Positions 34,301 to 44,722 of a stretch of DNA of 64,000 nucleotides are shown here, one piece after another; position 1 is the stretch's first letter; every line of letters starts with the position of its first letter. The stretch is taken from assembly GCA_001687465.1 (NCBI GenBank), contig LVLI01000101.1, positions 186,001 through 250,000 on the forward strand, read 5' to 3'. Made by a program: the position numbers and the translations under genes. Origin of the DNA: Halocafeteria seosinensis. Lineage: Eukaryota. A model generated the notes under the pieces. The model made no database searches. It worked only from the letters and a program-made list of their open reading frames with translations, and was not told where the DNA came from.

Positions 34301-35807
34301 CTAATTTGGGAGCCTCCCAGTACTCATGGGGATTTTCTAAGACTGGGAAACGGGGAGACGGTAACGGTTTTAAAGATTACGGTTGCGCTTTTACCAACGG
34401 AGACGTTGTAACTGTGCATGTGGACGCTGACCAAGGTACTATTGGTTTCGACGTCAATGGAATATACCAGGGGATAGCATATGGCCCTGGCTCTCCTGAC
34501 TACAATCCAGAAGAGGATAACCAGATCAGTCTGAAAGGGCGATGTCTCATTCCTGCAGTTTGTCTCGGGAGTTCCGAAGGGGACAAGTCCTGCTTGGTAG
34601 AACTGACAGATGAGGATCGACACTATCGGGTACCACAGTTTGACCCTCTCCGATGTCGCCCCACCACCCAGATGAGTGAGTATAATCGACTTGCTGAAAC
34701 AAGAGGCAAATGGGGTACAGTGTTCGTTGATATGAAACCTATAACGCAAGGTGTTGCAACAGTAGGTTTCGAAGTGGTTTCTGCCGAAGCAGGGTGCGGA
34801 GCAGCAGTAGGCTGCGCGGATGCCGGTGTTTTCAAGCCAGCAATCAGCAATCTGGGGGCAAGTGCTAACAGTTGGGCCTACAGTAAGACAGGAAAAGCGA
34901 GCAAGGGAACTAAATTTAGCCAGTTTGGGGAGGCTTACAAGACAGGAGATGTCGTAACTCTGGACATTGATATGGTATTTGAGATGATTGACTTCTACAA
35001 GAATGGTGTATTCCAAGGGACACTGGAGAAAGGGAACCTCAGCACCCGTGCGCTGATCCCTGGTATATGCATTGGAAACAGTGAGGGTGGTCTGTACACT
35101 GCTCTTCGGCTTGTACCTCCTGCGGTCATTCGGTTTGATGAGGGACGAAAAAGCAGTCACATATCGCTACAGGATGGTGGTCGTATAGCGGAAACCACCA
35201 GTAAATGGGCTTCCGTCTTTGCGTTACATCCTGGACAAACTCAAGGGATAATGAGATTTGCAGTAAAACTTTTGGGACAGGGAGGCGCTGCTGTAGGTGT
35301 GGCGGACGTGAACAATTTCAAGCCACAGTATCAGAACGTGGGAGCGGCTCCCTATTCATGGGCTCTGTCGAAGTCTGGGAAGATTGCGTCCGGCGATGGA
35401 TGGAAGAGTTATACAGATAAACTGGAAGCAAGCGATATTATTGGAGTCGAAATGGATTTCAATCGGTATGTTCTGAATGAATAAATTTATGGGAGTCAAC
35501 TTCATGTTCTATAATTCTATTGTAATCATTGTCTGAGTTTGCAGCGGTACTCTTGCATTTTACCGTAACGGCACTTCATTAGGTGTTGCATTCTCGAACT
35601 TGGAAGGCCGAGGATACATCATGGTTCCCGCCGTGTGTATCGGTAGCAAGTAAGTTTTTCATCCTTTGTTGCTTTTGCTCTCATGGCTCATATTGTTTTG
35701 GTTTGTCGTGTCTCCGATGCAGTTTGGGTGAACGACAAAGCACCGCTGTTGTGGTGCCTTTGAAATCCAGCACCACGTTTCCTGCCCCAAACAGCACTGA
35801 CAAATAA
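31398..35807 (+). CDS. Beta-grasp domain + PINK1-like non-RD protein kinase + ubiquitin-like domain + four SPRY domains
   Basis: Kinase motifs LGTGQSGPV, YALK, REYE, HADLKLSNIL, CDFG, GGNIGHLAPEV and IDYSKQDVWAAGVILYEI. Ubl at 32946-33237 (intron 33059-33128). Four repeats of SW.YSKTGK..YG..GD.V...D.D.GTI.FY.NG..QG (SPRY). Confidence 0.85.
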
Positions 35808-36056
35808 AAAGAGAGTTCCATCTCGTTTCTCGCATGAATACACAAATTATATCTGTGACCTTGTGTGATGAGCAAAAATTTCCCACTTTTCTCCGTTGGC
35901 GTGAGAGCTCCTGCCTTGAAACACACTTCTTCACAGACGTCATTCAAAAACGAAGAGCGTTGAGTTCATGTCCCTTTAAACTCTTGTCTCGTTTTGATTA
36001 GATGTCCCTTAGGCAATTTTAGTTGAACAATGTTTAGAATATAGTGGATAGCGAAT

Positions 36057-37371
36057 ATGACATCGTTTACATGGGAAAATGTGTCTTCGGATGAAAGCGT
36101 CATTGAAGAGTTATCTATGTTGGAGGCGATTTACCCCGAATACTTGTCCGTCGACGAGAAGCACCAAACAGTTTGTGTGACATTGAGTCCACAGATAGGC
36201 GATGAAGGCCTGGCTATGGTCAGAGCTTCGTTATTACTGATCTTTCACGAAGGTTATCCTCATGACAGTCCGCCCGCGATTCGGCTCATAAATGGACGTG
36301 GACTAAGTGATTCCACGCTCCACGAATTGGAGCACCACTTACGGAAGAGCGCTGAGTCCTTCTCTGGGGCTAACTGCGTATTTCAACTAGTCGAGGAGGC
36401 GAGAGATCGAATTACCGAAACGAACGAAGCAGGAGCTGAATGTGAAATTTGCTTTGGTAAAGTGGACCAGAACGTGGAGAATGCTAAGAAGTTAGAAAAG
36501 TACACGGGAGAGGTTGGTTTTGTTACGCCTTGCTTGCATGTCTTCCATCAAAGATGTTTTTCGAGATGGATGTGGCAATATGATCAACGAATCAATCAGT
36601 CCTCCGAAAGGCAATCCGAAGTCCATGCAGCTCAATCAAGAATTACAGCAGCCCGAAATTCGGTTCAGCAATTTCAAGAGACGATTGAACACTTATCACA
36701 GCAAATCAGCAACGATACCGAAAGAATTCATTCATTAGAAGGACAATATAGAGAAATAGGAGAGCAAATTAAGGGAAGTCAAAAGCACTCGTCGAAGAAG
36801 AAAGGGTCCACCGAGGTATCTGCGGAGGAATTGAGTAAACAGCAGAGAGAGGTAAGCACCGTGTTGTAGGTAGCTTCGCATATGATGGACATCGTCTTAC
36901 GCATTCTTTGTTGTTGCGCAGTTGAGGATTGAGATCGATTCTGTAAACAACAAATTGAGGACGAATAACGAAAAGGTCAAGAATACCCAGTCCAAATTAC
37001 AGGATGCCAGACAGAAGTTAAAAAATATTGAAGATCACGAAGCCGGTCGGCTACAGAGCCGTTCTAAGGATACACCCTGTCCCTGTTGTCGTGAAATAGT
37101 TCCTATTTCAGTTATTGGAGAAGCTACTTGTCCTCCCAACATGTCTAATTTTTACGATGCGTGCGAGCACAAGTATGGAAACGAGTGGAGTGACGAAGAA
37201 GACTCATCGGACTCCCAGGAGCTCAAGACGGTGGAGACGCCGAGATGGGACATTCCCAAAGATATCAGTGATTATATATCGAAAGTTAAAGCGAATTGTG
37301 AGAGTGTATTCCAACGTCAGAAGAAAAATGGTGGTCTGATAGAATCAATCGACCAGGAAATTGATCATTGA
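36057..37371 (+). CDS. RNF25: RWD + RING-H2 E3 ubiquitin ligase, RNF25-like
   Basis: EELSMLEAIYPE..GYPHDSPP (RWD) and CEIC..TPCLHVFHQRC..CPCCRE (RING-H2), plus a C-terminal FQRQKKNGGLI motif. Intron about 36852-36921. Confidence 0.85.
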
Positions 37372-37487
37372 CAGAAGTCTAGCAGTGGGCTACAGTATGG
37401 ACGCTGATGGTTGATTCACGAATCGGCTATCTCTTTCCATCCGATTGTATTCCTTATCAAAACACCACTGAAACTTTCGACTGTTGA

Positions 37488-37917
37488 TTACTCGCCCTTA
37501 ATAATGTCTGCAGCAAATGAACGACAACAAATTCATTCACCAGCAGCCGTAGCATCAATCTCCAACGTTGCTGACATACCTGTTATCCAAAAGTACATTG
37601 CTATCGTTCCTAGTCCGTATACACCTCCCCAGGCGGCTCCCATGACCGTCTCACATCCTGCATCAGCACCAAGTACGTAATTCCAGACTCCTTCGACCTT
37701 TTTTGTAGTTTTTCTTCCCCTAAGGCTTCCCCTTACCTATGAAGCCGAATGCTGATCCTCCTGTAACAGTACCCGCGAGCCAATTTGGCAAACTCTGAGG
37801 GTTATTGGTAGCGACAGACAAGCCTCTTTCTGTCACGATGGCCGTCCCAGCACCGACACCAAACCTTAAGAAAGGTGTTCTCCTGAGTGCATGCATGGCT
37901 TGTTGGGCAGCCGCCAT
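37488..37917 (-). CDS. Small Gly-rich putative membrane protein (3 exons)
   Basis: MAAAQQ..FGVGAGTAIV..WLAGTVTGGSAFGFI / GCETVMGAAWGGVYGLGTIAMYFWIT / DIIKGE*, joined by GTAAGG..CAG and GTATGT..CAG introns. Confidence 0.55.
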
Positions 37918-38390
37918 TTTTATCGCCTTCTAGCTCCTCTACAGTCCCACTATCGACAGTATCAAATATACTTGATCTTTTTGTATGTATAAACGAGGTA
38001 TCCACCGGGTGGATCGCACAATACGGCCTATATATGGATGTAAATCCGCCACTGCATCCATTGACATCATAGGAGACAATCTTTTCGTCGACATACGATT
38101 CAATGCAAGAATTACGCGGCGTAATTTACGCATTTTGCAGTCGTTTTGCCAGTACGTGGCTGGGATTTTGTTCCACCAATGAGCGCAACTCATGCGAAGA
38201 GTGGTGTGCTTTCTTTGTTGACCAGGTGAGGCACCTCCAGCATGGAGCCTTCACAGCAGATGCTGATCTGGAATTGTAGCTGTGAATAAAGGTTGTTGTG
38301 CGCTATAGTAGGTCGAATAGCAGCAGTAAGACTACTCATTAGTATTAGTTCGCTCGTCACCCTGAAAGACCGGGAACTGCCCCCGAAACG

Positions 38391-39677
38391 ATGGAGGAGG
38401 AAGTGAGAACGGAAGACGGAACTCGTGCCAGTGGCTTGGAATTACCGCGATTCGTCAGAGTTCCTGTTAAATTCAAGGAAGAATTCGACCCAGAGCTATT
38501 TTATTCAGAGACAGGAACGCGGCTATATCCTGTATGGTGGCTCCCTTCGTGCTACTGTATTCCCGGAAACGTCAAAATTGCTCACACAACGGCCTCGAAA
38601 AAGTCCCACATTGTTGGAATTGATGCGGCGAGCTTGGCAGCGGTGTATGCGTTGGAACCCGGAAAGGGAGAGAATGTGTTGGATCTTTGCTGTGCTCCCG
38701 GGGCAAAACTTAACGCTATTACAGAACTAATGAATTACAACGGTACGGTTACAGGCGTTGATATTTCCTACAAACGACTTCGGTCCGTTGTTCACTCCAC
38801 GAGGAGATTGAGAACCTCAGAGAAAGGCATACTCCAGCCAAACTTTCGAGTAAGATTGGTTCATTCAGATGGCAAGAGTTTTAATATGCCTCCGCCGACG
38901 ATAATAAACGGACCGGGCTTCGTGCAACTAAACGCGAATCAGGCCACGAAATATCCGACCCGCGACAGAAGTAAGAAGCGAAAGGTTGACCCTGCAGCAA
39001 CAATAGATGAACGCGACAGAAGTTGTAGTGACGACTGTTTACTAGATTCTGCAGTAGACAACCGATGGAAGAATGTCGCTCTGGATCGTAAAGAACAGAA
39101 CGAGACGGAAGCCAGCGAGATTGGTGGCTCAAACAGTCTGTATGATAAAATCCTCGTGGATGCTGAGTGCACCCATGATGGCAGTATGAAACATATAATG
39201 GAGTTTCAAACCAAGCGATCGACTCCGTACTGGTCATCGCAAGTAACTGATGAACGCATTGGACAACTGACGACAACACAGAAAGACATTCTCAGGAATG
39301 CGTTTCAGCTGTTGAAGGTAGATGGAACGTTGATATACTCTACTTGCAGTTTGACGACTGCGCAAAATGAGGAAGTCATTGATACATTCCTTCAGGAACA
39401 TCACAATGCCAGTTTATCGGATATCAACTTGGAACAGGTTGCTTCAGACAATTGGATTACTTTTAAGAGCACACAGCCAATTGCTGGCAGCGAGTACTCA
39501 CTCCCGGACACCTGCGCTTTTCACTGTCCGGCAAGTCGGAGTATGCCTCCATTTCCTTGGAAGTATGGAACCATTCCCAGAGGAGAGAATAAAATAACGC
39601 ATGCAATTGTGCGTTTTGAGCCGAAAATAAGTAAGACAGGGGGACTATTCATTTGTCGCATCAAGAAGGTTGGATGA
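38391..39677 (+). CDS. NOL1/NOP2/Sun family RNA cytosine-C5 methyltransferase
   Basis: Motif I VLDLCCAPGAK, motif IV variant YDKILVDAECTHDG, motif VI LIYSTCSL..QNEEV, C-terminal GLFICRIKK. Confidence 0.9.
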   Translation: MEEEVRTEDGTRASGLELPRFVRVPVKFKEEFDPELFYSETGTRLYPVWWLPSCYCIPGNVKIAHTTASKKSHIVGIDAASLAAVYALEPGKGENVLDLCCAPGAKLNAITELMNYNGTVTGVDISYKRLRSVVHSTRRLRTSEKGILQPNFRVRLVHSDGKSFNMPPPTIINGPGFVQLNANQATKYPTRDRSKKRKVDPAATIDERDRSCSDDCLLDSAVDNRWKNVALDRKEQNETEASEIGGSNSLYDKILVDAECTHDGSMKHIMEFQTKRSTPYWSSQVTDERIGQLTTTQKDILRNAFQLLKVDGTLIYSTCSLTTAQNEEVIDTFLQEHHNASLSDINLEQVASDNWITFKSTQPIAGSEYSLPDTCAFHCPASRSMPPFPWKYGTIPRGENKITHAIVRFEPKISKTGGLFICRIKKVG

Positions 39678-39719
39678 AGAACGCAGAGAGTGGGGTCGTT
39701 TACTAGTAAGTTAGGCATT

Positions 39720-41540
39720 TCATAGATCTCGACGCAATGTTGGAGGAGCCTCGTTGAAGAGTGAAGGCAAATCAAGTTTAGTAAACGCTCGTTGGTATGC
39801 GTATTCCTCTCCAGTTCCGTTTGCTGGCTTCATGAAAGAGAGATACATTTGCTGCAGTAGCAGAAAGTGAACGAATTTAAAAGGAAGGGTGCATCGAGAG
39901 GACGTCTTAGGATATGGTTGCGTCTTCAAACGTACGTTGTATGTGAGGTCGTAGACGGCAACGTGCTGGTTACCTGTTTGAACGATGGATGTGATGTTCG
40001 AAATGGTTGCTTCTGGAGTGAGCAACCCGTGATAGTATTGAAGCTTCTCTCCAAGCGCCTGGATACAGCTCGTGCGCACTACAGAAATTCAGTCGTATTG
40101 CCGACAAATATGAAAGAATCCTTACCTGATTGTAACTTGGACAATCCCAATCCATCCCCCAGTATACCATTTCGGAAATCCGAGGATGCCAGGTGGAGTT
40201 GTCGGGGCGCATGTTTTTGTCATCGAATACGTCGGCGACGGAATGGGAGTACTGTTTTAGTAAACGTCTCCGTTCTTACACACTTCAGATGCTATTATAC
40301 GCAAGGATTCTACTTACTTCGAAACCACGGAATGTCCCAGCATTACCGTCTCCAACACCCAATATGAGGTCACATGTTCTGTTCGCCGTTGTGATACGGT
40401 GTATGCTATCCTGGGGAGACAGACAGAGAGAGAGAGAAATGTATGTGTGTCAATCTTTGAGAGATAGGCCCTTGCTACCAGCTACATACTTGGTATGAAT
40501 CGTCGAATTGCAGAATGTCCCTCAACAGAAAAGTGAATGGAATTCCTATCCGGCTTGTGTTGCCAAAAGTTGAGTCCGAAAAGTATACTCCGATTTCTGA
40601 GATGCCAAGTTGTTTGGAGCTTTGGCCAGTCAAAGCACCAATCCATCCTAGGAAGCCAACATTTGCAAAATCGTGACCCAGATCCTTGGGGTGGTAGATG
40701 ACTACGGCCGGATAATTCTTGAAGGGCCCTTTCGTATCCCAATCAAGGGCACCTGCAAGTTGTATTCCAGTGCAACGAACAAAGCTGCCTACTCTCTCAA
40801 GGATGGTCACTTACGCAACTGAAGGGTTTTCCCGTTAGCTGAGGCACTTCCCCAGCTACCATACATCGAACATTGACCCTGGGTGACCTCGCCGATCATG
40901 TGGATTCCTCGTAGTTTGTCGTAACTAATGCCAGCTCCATCAGCCAAACCTGTACAGCAGAGATCCGTGTTCGCTGATTTCTTATGCTATGTAGCTGCAA
41001 AGGGAGTATAGTCTTTTACCATGTAGTTCTTCAAAGAAGTAATCCCCAGTAAAGTTCTTCGTCAGTTCCCACGTCAAATCAACGGCAGCGGTCAAACCTA
41101 CGTCGGCCACCCACTCTCTAAGCCAAGTGGGCAGTCCGCTGAGTTCATCTTCTACTTGCTGTTCCAAATACTGCCATACAGAATCAGCCATCACCTGGAC
41201 TTCTGGCTTCATCATAGAGCCGTGAGCGTAACCCATCTCGTACGGTGTCCCGTAGACATGGACCACCCAGAAGTCATAACCTTCGGGTCCAGCTCGGAAA
41301 GCCTTTCCATTCTTAACCGAGCGTTTAAGGATTGGGTTTGCAACATGAATTGGATGATTGTTCGCGTTCGCTCCAGGTTTCGGCTGCAGGGGTAAACTAA
41401 AAGGCTCTAGTGGAAAAATTGAGTACCATCATCAGAAAAGTACTTACAGCAGTGTGGCAATACGCCGCTTCGATCGGCTGTTGAAGCGACAACGTGCATA
41501 TCCAGACAATTACTGCACCGGTGAATGAAGTCCACTTCAT
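39720..41540 (-). CDS. Secreted/lysosomal Ntn-hydrolase, dcd1/acid-ceramidase/peptidase C45-like (copy A)
   Basis: Signal peptide MKWTSFTGAVIVWICTLSL, then VHVYGTPYEMGYAHG, QCSMYGSWG (candidate Cys nucleophile), LQLR/ALDWD and GIPFTFLLRDILQFD. Multiple introns. Confidence 0.8.
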
Positions 41541-41969
41541 GTTTAATTCGTTGTTCTTCCAGTTCCACTGAGTCTCGAAACGAAGCTACCTTTGGATCCT
41601 CGTCCTTTCTGGGAAGAGCAGAGTCCGACAAACCGAGAACAAGGTAATGAATGCGAAGACGCGGACGGCGGTGGTGGAAGATGCGGCGGAATTCGTACCT
41701 CTTCAACTTTGAACAGGATAGTAACGATGATATAATTCCTGGGGTACACGAGTTGTCAAACTAGTCTAGTATCCTTGATAGCGGCAATAAAATGAGTTTT
41801 CACTTTGAAATAGTGGAAGGAACCTGAAAATCAAGACTCTCGGTCGGAGCGCAGGAAGCGAAGAAGACATGTCTTGACATGAACTATCTTCTTGTGGAAA
41901 AGTTGCTCGACTATCTAAGAGCAAATAGTGAAAGTAACTTCATAATGCATTTGATGGGTCCTGCATGCA

Positions 41970-42516
41970 GCGGCCAAACTACTCAAGGTGATGAGTTGCT
42001 GAAAAAATACTATTATTGTACGGCGATGCGGAAGCGAACTACCACCGGAACGAAGCATATGAGAGAGACCGCTACGAGACTGAAGAGGGCAAGAAAATCT
42101 ACGATGACAAGGGAGAGTTCCGTCGCGAATTACTTGAGGCTGCCCGCGAATGGTACAACCTACTGCTCGATGATGCATTTGCTCGCCGCCGTAGTGGAGA
42201 CAACGCCTGCCTTCGAGAAGTTCGAGTGGAATCGCTTGAGACAGCTTGCAAACGTGCAAAGACGTTTCGATACAGAGTTATTTTCCAGCAACCATCGTAC
42301 GGATTATTGCATATGTCCATCGAAGAGGCTCCGCCGGAAGATAAAGAGGAGCAGATACAATGGATGATAAGGCTCGGACTCGGATTGTACCGAAGGATGT
42401 TATCAGAGGCTTCGCTGAGAGCCTGGAAGGGATGCGCCCGGTGTATAATAAGTTGCAGACAACGACGGATCCATCGGAGTGTTCAAAGATACTGAAGTCC
42501 AGCGACACCTCGTAAC
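41970..42516 (+). pseudogene. Probable decayed gene fragment between the dcd1-like paralogues
   Basis: The protein-like ORF 42016-42495 has no ATG start and is preceded by in-frame TGA TGA. Its 3' part reads better in a shifted frame (RIVPKDVIRGFAESLEGMRPVYNKLQ). Confidence 0.3.
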
Positions 42517-42682
42517 TCATGCTACGAAGGATAGTAAGCGCGATACACCAAGCCAACAAAATACACAATTTGTTCCTTGCACATAAAAATGTGAATAGAA
42601 TAGACGAGGTAGTTACCAAAACTTAGCCGGCCATGTTTCATATAGTTATTCAATTCCGTAAAATAACGACAACCTAAATGAA

Positions 42683-44505
42683 TTACTGCCCTCCTCGCAG
42701 ACTTGGAGGAGCTTCGTTGAACAGTGACGGTAGATCGAGCTTAGTGAATGCCCGTTGATAAGCATACTCCTCTCCGCTCCCATTGGTAGGTCTCATGAAT
42801 GATACGTACATTTGCTGCGGTCAAAGATCGATGATGTACGGCTTATACATTCAAGTGGTACTCAATATTTGAGGCTTAATGCACATACCCGGTCGGTGAG
42901 ATCGTACACGGCCAAGTGCACATCTCCAGTTTGGACAACAGATGTGATGTTCGAAATTGATACTTGTGGTGACAAAGAGCCATGATAGTACTGGAGCTTC
43001 TTCGCAAGCGCCTGGGTGGTCATTGCAGGCGTCTTAAGACTGATGAACAGGCAAGTACGTTGACGAATCAGAAACTTACTTCGTTGTAGCTGGGACAGTC
43101 CCAATCCATTCCCCAGTATACCATGCCTGAAATCTTCGGGTGCCATGACGAATTATCCGGACGCATGTTTTTGTCATCAAATACGTCCGCCGTCGAATAA
43201 GAATACTGAAGACAACAGAAATCGTAAGGACAGTCAGTGCTGCTACTATTAACATTCACACATACCTCAAAACCACGGAACGTTCCGGCGTTACCATCTC
43301 CAACACCGAGAATCAGATCACAGGTTCGGTTGGCAGTGGTGATACGATTAATACTATCCTGTAAGGAAAGAAGGAAGTCCGGGAGAGCATGTAGAGATAG
43401 CAAAGAAGTATCGTTTGCGATTTCAAAACATACTTCATACGAGTTATCAAATTGCAAGATATCTCTCAATAAAAATGTAAAGGGAATTCCGACACGGCTC
43501 TCCTGTCCGAACGTTGAATCTGGATAAGAAACACCGATTTCCGAAATGGCGAGCTGCTTGGAGCTTTGTCCAGTAAGCGCTCCAATCCATCCGAGAAAAC
43601 CGACATTGGCGAAGTCATGACCTAAATCCTTGGGATGATAGACAACAACAGCTGGGTAATTCTTGAAAGGTCCATCAGTATCCCAATCAAGGGCACCTGG
43701 AATCACAAACGTAAATAATCAGCGAGGCATGACTCGCCACGTTTCCACATGTACTAGGTGCGTATACATACGCAATTGAAGAGTCTTTCCGTTAGCTGAC
43801 GCACTGCCCCAACTGCCATACATCGAGCACTTTCCTTGGGTGACTTCACCGATCATGTGAATTCCCCGTAGTTTCTGGTAACTGATTCCAGCACCGTCAG
43901 CCAATCCTGCAGTGAATCAGGGACATTGAACATCAGTTGGTACCCGCTTATGGGCGCATAGTCACTCGTACCATGCAATTCTTCAAAGAAATAATCTCCT
44001 GTAAAATTCTTGGTCAATTCCCATGTCAAATCGACCGCAGCTGTGATACCGACTTCGGCCACCCAGTCTCTGAGCCAGGTTGGTAGTCCGCTTAGTTCGT
44101 CCTCGATTTGCTTCTCAAAATACTGCCAGACAGAGTCAGCCATCACCTGGACCTCCTGCTTCATCATAGAGCCGTGGGCGTAGCCCATCTCGTAGGGTGT
44201 ACCATACACATGGACCACCCAGAATTCGTAGTCCGTGGGTCCTGCTCGGAAAGCCTTTCCATTCATAACGGAGCGTTCCATTGTCGGGGTTGCATCATGA
44301 ATTGGATGATTATTCGGGTTCGCTCCCGGTTTCGGCTGCAAGAGGATTGAGAACAGCAGTGTATAAGAGTCATTTTGTCCTCGGAGAGGGTGTCATCACT
44401 TACAGCACCGTGGCAGAAAGCAGCATCGACTTGGTGTTGAAGCGTGGAAGCGCATACCACCAGGAGCGCCCCGAGGAACACCGAGGAGAAAGACATCGAT
44501 TTCAT
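42683..44505 (-). CDS. Secreted/lysosomal Ntn-hydrolase, dcd1/acid-ceramidase/peptidase C45-like (copy B)
   Basis: Signal peptide MKSMSFSSVFLGALLVVCA, the same motifs as copy A (KCSMYGSWG, ALDWD, YWGMDWDCP, AYQRAFTKLDLPSLFNE) and the same intron positions. Confidence 0.8.
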
Positions 44506-44722
44506 CTTTTTCCCGCTACAACAGACAGTGGCGCATCAAAATTCTTCCCTTGCCCCTTAGATGGTCTTGACGAACCATACGCCTCGTTACTAAGAGAGGG
44601 TGAATAAGATGCGGGGCGAGTGCAGTGCACTTTCCGCATCCCGCTCACACTTCCGATATGGGAAAGCTAGCCTAGTAGCCTATCGAATGAGTTTGTGTAT
44701 TTATGCGAATTTAATACTAAAA

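Noticed and set aside
41769..41778. GTATCCTT resembling a U12 intron donor
   Set aside because: Not within a supportable gene model, and no U12 branch site was seen.
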